Virus record (IMG/VR): IMGVR_UViG_3300026255_000001
Location: 17,853-81,852 of that record
Strand: one strand, 5' to 3'
DNA length: 64,000 bases
Source: a virus
Taxonomy: Duplodnaviria; Caudoviricetes
The notes beneath the pieces were generated by a model. That model saw only the letters and a program-made list of their open reading frames with translations, had not been told where the DNA came from and made no database searches. Of this stretch, positions 10,101 to 22,100 are shown piece after piece. The stretch's first letter is position 1. Each line of letters begins with the position of its first letter. Made by a program: the position numbers and the translations under genes.

Positions 10101-13100
10101 AGAAGACCAGGAAGTCGATGTACCGAGTGGCCCCGCTGTCGGAGACCGGCACGCCGCTGGAGTCGGAGGCCACGTTCATTTCCGCCGAGGAGCTCAAGGC
10201 CAAGTACCAAAACGAGACGAAGACCGGCGTGTCAATCTCCAAGTTCTCCCGGGTCCAGGGCTCGCTGGAATCCATGGTGCCGTTTCTCCACAAGGCGGGT
10301 TACCTCGGCTCCTGGGTGCGGAGCAACCGGCGAGACGGCGAGTCGGTCGAGCAGACGCTCGCCCGCATGACGAGCCGGGACCTGACCGGCCTTGGGCTGG
10401 TGAAAGCGATGAAGGGCGCCTCCGGGAAAGAGTTTTTCTACTACGACGTCGGCGCCCGTTCGCTGTTTTATGGGGCCCTGGGCAAGCGCACCCGCGGCGT
10501 GGCCTACAATCCCATGCAGATGGCGGACATGGCCGGGGCGCATTTCTCGGAGGACTTCACCGAGGTGCCGATGCTGCAGCTGGCGGCGGATGCGCTCGGG
10601 CAGAACCAGACGGCGGACCGGCTGCGCGCGGCGCTGCCCGTCCTGGCCGCCGCGATTTCCAGGGCCCAGAAGGAAGCCGAGCACGTCCTTGTGCAGGCGG
10701 CCAAGAACTCCAAGACGTCCTCTGAGCGCGCCAAGGCGGTCGAGGACCTGGCCACCCTGCGCAAGCTGCCGAGCGTGGACTCGTCCGACGTGCTCAACGT
10801 CGTCGAGGCTATGAGCAAAACCGTGAGGCACTATGTCCACGGGTACAAGGATTTCCCCCGCCTGCGGCAGCTGGTTCTCGGGGACGCCGTGGAGGCGCTG
10901 TACGACAATTCCAGCCTATCGCATGACCTCCCCGCCATCCGCGCAGAGCTTGAGACGGTGGCGTCGAAGGAATACTGGGACGCACTGCGCTACGACGGGG
11001 CGATTGAGTCGGCCGACGAGGGTCCGGCGGACGGGGAAGCCGGAAAGACCGGCGACAAACCCCCGCCCCTGCCCCCTCCGGCCGACGGCGGCGCGGAAGA
11101 GGGTGCGCCCCCGGCCGAAGACGGGCCGGCCGGCCCTTCCGTTCCCGCTGACTCGTTGCTCGACGACCTGACCGCGCAGGAAGTAAACGACGCCTTGTTC
11201 GGAGAGTCCGCCGCCGTGCCACGGCCCGACCCGGCCCCCGGGGACGCTCCGGAATCCATCAAACTCTCCGGTGATGCGGACGACGACGCCCGCGCGCTCG
11301 ACCCTGATCTCGTCAAGAACCCCGACGCCCTGGCGGACCGCCTCGTGCGCTTCCGTCCCGGCATGGTGCGGCGCATCGGCGCGCTGAAGGCGATCGGCAA
11401 GGACCTGATGGACAGCGGCTTGCTGTCCCTGCAGGCGGCGAACGACATGCTGCTGGGCTACATGGCCTCCTCGCTGCGGCTGTCCAAACCCGAAGCGTTC
11501 GACGTGCTGCTCGCGCTGCGCTGGAATCCCGGCGCCAAGGCGCTCGCCGAAACCGCTCCCACGGAAGCCGAGATGGAGGCCGAGCTGACGGGCTCCCTCG
11601 CGGAAGCCCTCGGGCTGTCCAGTGACGCCGAAGTGCCGATGTCGTCGGACAAGCTAGCGGGGTCGGGCAACGCGGACATGATGGACTCCAAGCTGAAGGA
11701 GGTGACGGACGTCGTGCGCGTCGTCCTCGACGCCGCCATGGGCTACGCCCCCGTCGCCGAGATCGGCCGGGCGATCCGCAAGTCGGCGCCTGGCGGCAGG
11801 CCGCTTGGGACCCGCAACCTGCCCGCCTGGCTCATGTCCAAGGAGGCGTTCGGCGAATGGGCCGCCGAGCGCAAGGCCAACATGCGCCGGTACTCGGACA
11901 ACTTCGCCGAGCTGCGTCTCTCCCGGCCGCTGGACGCTGCCGAGATCATGTTCAACAGCGTGGTCGCCAGCCTGCCGTGGGAGCACGCGCTGCAGATCTA
12001 CAAGGCCGCCCAGAACACCTTCCCCCGCGAAGTCCGCGAGGTCAGGCCCAATGACGGCTACGGCACATACTTCGAGGCGTTGCTGCCTCCGGACGAGGCG
12101 GGCGTCCAGCACGACGCGGTCCGGGGAGCGACTGTCGCGGAGGTCGAGCAGAACGTCGCGGCGCTGATCAAGCTGGGGATGTACCGGGGCCAGGTCTCCG
12201 CCGAGGAGCTGGCCGAGCTGGTTCACGAAACCGGCAACGGGTCAACGATGGCGACCCTGAACGACGCGGCTCCCCGCATGGCGGCGGAGCAGGCCAGCCA
12301 GCTGCGCCGGCGGCTGAGGCCCGAAGAGTATTTCAGCGACGCCAATGCGGAGCTCCGCGCCGCCGTTGAGCGCGTGGCCTCCATGATCGACTCCAAGCGC
12401 GGGACTTTCGGCCGAGCCGGGGCTTTCTACAAGGACCAAGGCGGAAACACGGTAAGCCGGTTCGGGTACCTGTTGAACGAAGGCGCCGACGCCAGCAGTA
12501 AATGGCATAGTCCGTGGAAGAAGCAGTTGCTGGAGGACGTGCTCGAGGTTGTCTCCCGTCTGCTGACTGGCTCCAATAGTCCGGCGCTCGTCGCGCAACT
12601 GAAGAAGGACCTGGTCCTGAACGAAGGCAAAGCGGTCCGGAAGTCCCTGCAGAACCTCTGGGAACAGCTGATCGAGCCGCTGGCGGCCCTGGAGCGCGAG
12701 CGCACGTCGTCCTCTGGCGCGGAGGCCCAACGGCAGACCCTGGCGGCGAGGGGGCTCAACGCGCTGGTGGAGGGCACGGCCGAAAACCCCGGAGTCTTCT
12801 ACAAGGCGTTCGGACTGGCCTACGGCGGCAACGAGCTGGAGGCGTTCGCCTACATGCGCGACCGCAAGGACTTCTTCCAGACCAATGACAAGTACCTGTC
12901 CAAGCTGCTCGGCCAGTTCGCCGTCCGCAACGTCGTGACGCCCGTTGGGCGCGCCACGGGGGGCAAGGCGTTCTCGGGGTACCGGGCGAGGAGCCCGCAA
13001 GCCGAGGCCGCCGAGCGCCTGGCGGACCGCCGCGGCGACCTGCGCCCGGCCGTGCTGGTATCCGAGGCGGCGGGGATGGATTCCATCGAAGGCTCCGAGA

Positions 13101-16100
13101 TGTCTTCGGCCCAGATGTACGATGCGCTCCGTGGAGTCGCGCGGGGAGCGTTCGCGCGGTTGCGCAAGGGCGAGCCCGGCGAAGTGTTCCTGCCGATGAC
13201 GCTGTCCGGCGACAAGCTGGAGCTCAATGGCGTCGTGTGGACGATCAGCGGCGAGACCCGGATTCTCGGGGGCAAGCGGTTCGAGGACTACGGGGAGAAG
13301 GATTTCGACGCGTTCTACAACGACATCTACTTCGGGGACAAAGACAATATCGGTGCCCACGAGCAGTTCACGATCGACTTGATCCATGAGATTGCCCCCG
13401 GCATCCTGGATCCCGGCGGGCAGTTCAGCCTGTATCGCAAGGCGAAGGACGGGAAGCTGGAGAGCAAGAGCCCGGCGGAGATCGGCAAGATCATCCAGGA
13501 CGTACTGAAGAGGTTCTCGCAGATCGGGACCCCGATCGTCGACGGCATCTTCGGGCCTCCGGGCTACCTGCAGACCGCCGAGGACGGCGCGGTCGAATAC
13601 GTCGTCGCGCTCAAGGCGGACGGCAACCCGTACAAGGGCCCCGGCGACGGGTTGCTCTGGGTCATGCCCTGGCTCCGCGACGCCGCGAAGAAGACCTACG
13701 GCGGCGCCGAGAAGCAGGCATCCTACAAGCTGGGCAACTGGGGGCCCACGGACCGCGGCGTCCTGAGCCAGACGAAGGGCGCCGTCGCCATTGACCCCAA
13801 CCGGTTCGAGCGCCTCGACCAGTCCGAGCCGGGCGCCCTGACGCCGGCCGAGCTCGAGGACGTGCTGTCCGACGAGTCTTTCCGCAGGCAGCTGCCGGAA
13901 GCCGTGTTTCTCGCCACCGGCAACGCCCAGAAGATGGGCCCCGGCAGGTTCGATCGTGTCGTGGAAGTCGTCCGCGGCAGCAAGACCTACAAGTTTGGCG
14001 TCTTCCGCGCCGCCCCGCTGGGCATCACTTCCACCATGCCCACGGACACCACGCTCCAGGAGCGCTGGGTCGGCATGCAGCCGGTCGCCGGCGGGGCCGG
14101 AATCCTGAACGTCCCCGGGGGCACCCTGGATGCCCGCGCCGACTTCTACCGCGTGTTCATGGACGAACTGTATTCCGGGGCGGAGTCCCGCATCCGCAAA
14201 GCGCTGGAACGCCCCGACGCGGTCCTGTTCGAGGGGGACAACCGGCGGCCGATGCTGAACGCCCTGGCCAAGGAGGGCGGGTGGCTTGGCGGCTCGCTGG
14301 CCGCCATGCAGACCCTGTTTGCCAAGCTGCGCGGGGCGGTCAACGCCGCCAAGAAGAAAGGCCACGCCAAGCTGGTGTCGCCGATCCAGAGCACCGGAGC
14401 CGCCCGCGAGGACGGAACCCTGGCGCCCGCCACGGATGGTCCGCTGGAATACGACGACTCCGCCCGGCTGCATCCGTCCGGGGGCCAGATCGTGCGTGGC
14501 ATGGCCAAGCCCTCCTCGTTGTCCGACCACCATCGGCTGGCGAACGGCGGATTGACGATGCCCGGCATGGGGCTCGGGCTGGAGGACATAGGCGAGGCCG
14601 ACCTGAAGCGCGCGGCGAAGCATTACGAGAAGCTGTTCGGGCGCCGGAACATCCCGGCGAACGAAAAGGAGCTCGGAGCCGCTGCCCACGAGCTCATGAC
14701 CGAGCTCGTCGGAATGGCTCCCGGGACCTCCGATTTCAACAAGACCCGCGCGATCCTCCGGGCCCTGCTGGCGCCGGTGCGATCGCGGTCGGAGTTCATC
14801 CCGCTGGATGGCAGCACGGTGTTCGGGCGCTCGCTGGAGGATGCCAAGAAGGTTGTCGCCCACCTGCAGGCGAAACACCACCTGTTGTACGATCTCGCCA
14901 GGATCAAATTGGAAGGCGGCAAGGGCCAGTTCGACGTCGAATACGAGCAGGGTCGCCTGTCTGGATACACCGGAGAAGGCGTGAACCTCGACGACTTCGT
15001 CGTCCACTCCTCCGAGGACGGGCAAACCGTAATTGGGTTCCGCATCCCCGGCATCCCGCTGCTGGTCCACCGTTCTCCGGCGCTCGGCCATCTGCAGTCC
15101 ATGCGCGTGATCCGGCTGACGGAGCTCACGAAGGACGCGGCGGCGATCTTCTACCACCAGGACACCCTGACGAAGGAAGGCGCGGACGAAGATGGCGACC
15201 AGTCCCATGTGTTCCCCCTGCCACCGATGTCCCTGCTCGCCCTGCACAAGAGCTTCGAGTTCCTGCGCGACAACGAATTCGAAGTCGGGGCCAGCGCCAG
15301 GCCGGATAGGTTCAGCGACGCCTATCCGAAGGATCTCCGGGATTCCTGGCTCGCCTCGCTCGTGCCCGAGAATCTCGAGCGGATCACGGACCCCCGCGTC
15401 ATGGCCCTCTCTCGGGACGCCAACCTGGCCGGATCCACGGCCATCGGCACCGCGGCGTCCATGCTGACGGCGGCGGAACTGATGTTCGCAGACATGGTGC
15501 TGGACAAGGATGTCCCAGGGCTGCGCGACACCTCTGCCGCAGACCCGTACGTCGCCGTCCGGTTCGCCGTCCTCCACGACATGGTCAACCGCATCGTGGA
15601 CGCGGGCAAGGTCCCACACATGATGAAGGGGATGATGCTCTACCAGCAGTTTGTCCCGGTATTCGTGGCAGCCGCCGTCGGCAGTGAAGTCCCGTTCGTC
15701 GAAGGGCTGGAAGGACAGGAGCTCTACGATCACGTCCACAAGCACACCGTGCAGGAAGTGACGGAGTGGCTCACGGACTCCGAGCGGGGACGGCGCCTTG
15801 CGGACAACGTCCTGGTTGGCGGGATGACTCTCGGCAAGGCGTTCCGGGCCACGTACGGCAAGAAGGCGAAAGAAATGCAGCCCAAGATCGCCGCCCTGCT
15901 GGCGCTGAGCGACGACATGACGACGCTCTCGACGGTTGTTCGCGCGATCCACAAGTTCAAGCCGACGAGTTTCGGCGACATGGTTTCCCTGCTCGAGAAG
16001 ATCGACTCCGTCCTGGACGGCCGGCTCAAGACCCTTCCCGCACCTACCAATCTCCCGGCCAACCGGCCGCTCCGCGTCGTGCTGGATTCCATCATCTCCC

Positions 16101-19100
16101 CGTTCCGCCCCGTCCTGGAGGAGCTGATCGGGAAGGTGAAGCAGGACGTTCTGGCCCATCCAACGGGGGCGCTGGAGGCCGCGCGGGCCGAGCAGCTGCT
16201 GGCAAACCCGCGCACGAAGGCCCTGGTCCGGAAGCAGCCCAGCGTGGACGGAGAATCGTTTGACTACGAGTGGACGGCGGCGGGGCTGTCAAAGCTCTGG
16301 GATCTGCAGCTCGACCTGCACCAGCGGCTGGCGACGGCCACGCTCAGGGCCAGGGAACTGGCCATGCACGCCGAATTCGCCGACATGCCGGTAGAGGAAC
16401 TCGCGGAAGAGGGGTTGCGCGGAACCGTGGACCCCGGGGCCGCGCCGCAGTATCATGTCTTCGACAGCGTCGTGCGGCAGCGCGCCGAGTTGCGGGCTAC
16501 GCCGGAGTACGCGGACAACGTCGTGCTGTCCGCTCTGGAGCTGTCGGTTACGATGCCGGAAGCCGTGGGCGAGGCGCAGGAACGGGCCGCCAAGCAAGCC
16601 CGTGCGCCAAGAATCCGTGTCGGAGTGACGGACAGCTTCAGCGTCGCCGAGGCCCGCCGCGACTGGGCCAAACTGCCCCCCGCGCTGCAGATCGACATCT
16701 TCGACCTGATCGCGCGATTCAACGGGCTGCACCGCTCGGAGAGCCGCCTGTACGATCTCGTTCCCCCGGCGTTTATGAAAGAGGTCTTCGCTCTCGAGCG
16801 CCAGATCGCCGCCGGCTTCCGGGACGGTTCGATCAACATCGACGCCGTGCGCCCGCTCAAGAGCGGAATAACGCTGCGGGGCATGCTCGACTTCGCCCGC
16901 GAGTCCTATCTGACAGGGGCCGCCGGGGCCACGATCGAGGTGCCGGCAGGCAAGCGCGTTCCTTATGACGGCGCGGGCAGCTACCTGCGCTTCGCGCCGT
17001 TCGTCTCGGGCTGGGAAGCCGCGCCGTATTACGGTGCGCCGGCTATCCCCGAGCTGCTCGGCGAAAACGCCGGCGAGGTCGGCCTTCCGGCTCCGGCGCC
17101 CATCCGCCCCGCTCCGGCGCCGGCGCCTGCCGCGCCTAAGTCGGTCAAGGACGTTGCCGTCAAGGCCCAGTCTCCAAGCAAGTACCGCACGAAGGAGCTG
17201 GCCAAGGCGGCTGCCTCAAACAAGGTGGCGGCACTGACCGATGCCGCGATCACGGATGAGTCCTACGCCAAGCGCCTTGGCCTCGCTGCGCAGGCCGCGG
17301 GCATCCTGGTGTCCGACGCGTCCCAGGTCAAAGAAGGCGACGTCGTCTACGTCTCCATGCCGGGCCGCGGGCGAGGAGCCAGCGTCGCGCAGATCAACGG
17401 CTTCATCGACTCCGTTGTCGGGATGGTGAACGCCGGTGCAGCCGTCGTCACGGACAACGGAGAGAACGCCAAGCGCATGCACAACATCGGCGCGGAAGGC
17501 GTCCTGCGCGAGCGTCTCCTGAAGGAGGGGTTTCAGGAGACCGAGAACAAGAAGTTTGGCTACAGCCTTTGGCGCAAGGGCGCCGTTACTCTGGAGACGC
17601 CATCCCTCCTCGGCGAGGCGAAGCCGCGGCAGCTGGAGTTGCAGCTGGGGCAGTCGATCGCCCCCGACAGCGACGCCGGCGCGCCCTACGACCTGAACGA
17701 GCGCGAAGCCGCCGACCTGCGCAAGGCGTACGGACTCGTCCAGGGAGAGATCGTCCGGGCGGAGGCCATCATGGAAGCCGCGATCGCGCGGGCCCACGAA
17801 GCCAAGATGGAGGGCTCCGCCGAGGCGCTCAAGGCCCTGCGTGAAATGACGGCTTCCGGGCTCGGCCTCGTCGTGTCCTCCGTCGTGCCGTACGCCGCGG
17901 ACGAGAACCTCGGAACCAAGAAGTCGATCTGGGGCGGGTACGACCCGGACAACAACCTGGTCACCCTGTCCCCGAAGCTGGTGCGCCACCTGGAAAACCC
18001 GGCCGGCGGCCTGAACTGGTTCGACAAGACCCTGTTCCACGAGCTCGCCCACGCCGGCATGTACCATCTCGTCGGGAAGAACGACCTGCGCTTCCGGCTC
18101 CTGCTGGACCAGGCGCGCAACGAGGCGGCGCGGCGCGGGATCGACAAGAAAGAATGGGACAACGACTACTACGGGCTGACGAACACGCAGGAGTTCGCGG
18201 CAGAGGCGCTGTCCAATCCCGCCTTCCGCTCGTTCCTGGCGTCCATTCCGGCCGTCGGCATCCTGACCGCGCCGGAGAAGTCCGCCAGCCTCTGGGACGC
18301 CGTGCGCCGCCAGATCGCCCGCGTCCTGGCGTCCTTCGCGAAGCGGTTCCCCGGCATCAAGCACTCCCTGCTGGAGCAGGCGTTCGACGAGATCATGCAG
18401 TGGGACGCGGAGGACGCCTTGTCGGCCCGCGCGGACGCGTATGCCAGGCGCGCAGCCGAAAGCCTGCCGCCGGAGGAAAGCCCGACGGAGTTCGAGAGCT
18501 GGGAAGCGGCGGCCGCGGACGCCGCCGCCCGGTTCAAGCTGGAGTGGAACGGGTCCTTCGAGGCGTCCAAGAACTGGAACGTGGTCGGATCGGAGAAGGA
18601 CCCGCTGGCCTACAATGCGGTCAACGCGGACAACTCGCTGCTGGTGGAGGTCTCCGGAACGAGAGGCGGGGCGAAGTGGACCGCGTACGCCGGACCCGGA
18701 TACTCCGTCGCGCAGTCGGAGAAGCCGGAGGGGCGCAAATGGCCCGAAAGCGTAGATCTGTCTTATGCCCGCAAAGCGAGGCAGGGCGAGCTGGACTTCG
18801 GGCAGTCGATCGCGACACCGGAGTTGAATCCGGTAGTTCGCGGGCTCGAGTCGGCGTTCAACAAGCTCGGCTTCTCGTTCAAGGACGCGCGGGATTCGGA
18901 CGTGTACGGCGCGCTTCAAGTTGCGAGCCGCGTAATAGCGGACCCGAAGAACGAGGTCGCCCATATCTCGCAGGCCGCGACGGCGCTGTCGTACCTGGCG
19001 TTCCCCAGAATCGTCGGGGTCGAGAGGGACGTCAGATCGCGCGCGGATCTGGAAAACATCCTCCGCTCCGAGCTGTTCGACAGGTATGAAGAGGCTGGAG

Positions 19101-22100
19101 GAACCGTCCCGGCGTCCACGTTCGCCCGCGTATGGTCGGAGATGAAACGGATCGTAAGGGACTTGGCGCACTGGTTCCAGGCGAAGCAGGCGGACATCGA
19201 ATCCATGCTCGACTCGGTTCTGTCCGGCGATCTGGAGACCGCGTTCGGGAAAGACGTTCTTGTCCCTCCCGCAGGAATGGAACAGGTAAACCTGCAAGAA
19301 CAGCTGGACAGGTCTCCGGAGGCGAAATCTATCTTGGCCTCGCTGCTGGATTCCGAAATCGCGTTCGAGCTGTCCGGAAGCGTAGCCTACGCCCCGCAGA
19401 TTCCGGTGTTCCGAAACAAGGGCACAACGGCCCACGACCTGGACCTTATTTTCCATCCAGACAATTCCTACGGGGCCTTCGCCTACCTGTTGCAGGAGTT
19501 CCCGAACGCGGAGATGATCTACGCGTTTCCGTCGGGTCGCGGGGGCTATGCGGCCGGATTGGCCATTCCTCCGGCGGGCAGAAAAATATCTGGCGTAATC
19601 GACAGGACGGGCCGCCGGAAAGACGGGCCGGACTCCGCGAGAGTGGAGCGCGGATTCGACGTCTTGGACGAAACCGGGTCCGTTGTAGGGAGTTTCAGGT
19701 TGACTTCGCTGTTTTCCGGAAAGACGACGGAGACCTGGGAGGGCGAGAAGGCGGTTATCGTCGACATCATTCCTGATTTCAGGGTGCGAAAGGAAGGGGC
19801 CGCAGAGCGTACAACTCCGCTCCGGGTCGGCGACTCCGTTCTCGACCTTCCGATCAGCGCCCACGAAGCCGGCATGGAAAAGAAGCTGGAACTTCTGCGC
19901 ATCAAGGATTTGAAGGATCTGGGCCGCAGCGCGTGGGCGCTCGGAAAGCAGCAGGCTGTCGGCCAATCCGCGGACGCCCCGGTGGAAGTTCTAGCGCTGA
20001 ATGCTGTGGGGCAGTCCATCGCGGCAGAAGCCGAAGCCGCCCTCGACCCCCTGGCCCGCTCGATGAAGCGCGCCGAGGAGCTGAAGAAGCTGCACGCCAA
20101 GCGCGTGTCAAAGCCGATGCCAGATAGCTGGGTTTCATATGAGGCATCCGCCGTTTTCACCCGACAACCGGACGGGTCATGGCTGATGGAAAATGAGGAC
20201 GAGGGGCTTAAACAGGTCGTGTCTGCAGCAGCCGTTCAAATGGCTTGGGGCGAACAGGAGGAGTTTGACATTTCCGGGTCTTTAGATTTTGTTGCCGTCG
20301 CCCAGTCTGTGGAGCGCTGGAAGCAGGAGCAGGGCATCGTCTATGACCCGAAGGAAGCGCACGCCGTCGGCGAAGCCTTCTACCACGACGTCGGGGCGTT
20401 CAACCACGAGGCCCCGGGCCTCCTCGGAAAGATCGCCTCCGTCCTCCTCGCCCAGCAGCGCAAGCTCCGCCGGGGCGAGCGCGACTGGTGGAAGGACACC
20501 GAGAACCAGCTGGTGGTGAGCGGGTACACGGCCAAGACCGACCCGTCCTTCGGAAGGCATAACGGAATTCCGACTTCGTTCTTCACGACGGAGGGACCCG
20601 AAGGACCTCTCTCCGGAGAGGTACGCTACAACAAAGATTTGGCCCGCTGGGAGAAGCGCGCCGGCGGAGCCTGGGCCGCCATATCGGAAGCGGAAGCCAA
20701 GAGCGACTATGAAACCGGCACCGCCGGCATCGACATGGCTCCGACGTCCGGGGCGTCCGTCCGTCCCGGCCGCGGCATGCGCTTCGTCATCAACCCGTCC
20801 CCCCGCGACATCGTCTGGGCGGCCGTAGGCGACGTGTACTCAGGGACCGTCAGAAAATGGGTCGCATACCCTGCCAGAAAGATAGCCGTCGACCCCAAGG
20901 CCCCAAGCGCCGACAAGCTCGGGCTGCTGGCCGACTCGGTCGCCACGGCCATCCAGGGCCGCCGGCCGCAGAACTACAACGAGATCGGGGTCAGGCTGAG
21001 ACTTGGGAACTTCTATATCGAGTCCGAGACCGAAGCCCTCCCCGCCGAGCTCCGCCGCCTCAACGAGCTGCTGAAGAAGGCATACACGATCGTCCACGGG
21101 TCCCTGGATCCGATGGCGGAGAAGCGGCGGGACATGAGCGGGCAGTCTATCTCCGCAGAAGAAGCCTTCCCCGCAGCACCCGAAGGCATGCGCTCGACCC
21201 GCATGGCCCCCGACGGCAAGCCCGACCCGGACTACGATCTCGCCGATCCGGCGTCGAAGGTGAACCGTTCGGCCGTCCAGATTCCGGCCGTTGAACAAAC
21301 CGAGGCCCCGGCAGAAGACAGGAAGATTGCGTCTGTCATTGACAAGGTCGGCCGCCGCGCAGACGGGCCAAACGCCCCTCGCGTCACCCGCGGATTCGAC
21401 GTGGTCGACGAGACCGGCAGCGTCGTCGGAAGTTTCCGCCTGGAGTCACTGTTCTCCGGCAAGACGACGGAGACCTGGGAAGGCGAGAAGGCCGTCATCG
21501 TCGACATCATCCCGGACTTCCGGGTGCGCATAGACGGCGCGCCAGCGCTCACGGCCCCGTTAAAAATAGGGGACCAGACGCTTGCCCTCCCGATCTCCTC
21601 CCACGAAGCCGGGATGGAAAAGAAACTCGAGCTCCTTCGCATCAAGGATCTGAAGGACCTCGGTCGCAGCGCGTGGGCCATGGGACAACGGAGGATCGAA
21701 GGCGAGTCCGCCGCTGTCTCCCTCGACAACCCGCCAGAAGTCCAGACCGAAGCCTGGCGCATGGCGGTCGCGTACCCCAAGACAGGCAAGACCAAGGAGT
21801 CCTTTGCGCTGCGCATGGGCGTCGACGGCAATCCTGATCCGGCCTGGGATCTTGGAGACCCCGAGTCCGAGGTCAACCGGACCCGGCGCACCATTCTCCC
21901 CGAAGAACTGTCCGAGGCCCCGCTGCCCTCCGACGTCGAAGCCGCGCTGGACGACGCCCTCGGACTCATGAACGTACTGCTTTACCGCCGCCCGTTGCCG
22001 GACGGCAGTGGCGCCCCGGCGGCCGTGTTTGAAGACGGAGTTGTGTTCGCCGAGAAGCCCGAAGCCATTGGTCCGGCTGTCGCCGCGCTCACCACGAAGA

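Noticed and set aside
17627-18800. QLELQL and QGELDF as beta-clamp-binding motifs
   Set aside because: Loose match only, and better explained as part of the GQSIA linker.
12242-19966. Long antisense ORFs (1305 aa at 12242-16159, 916 aa at 17216-19966) and similar ones opposite polA, primase and helicase
   Set aside because: Shadow frames of high-GC3 genes: no RBS, no motifs, fully overlapping well-supported genes.
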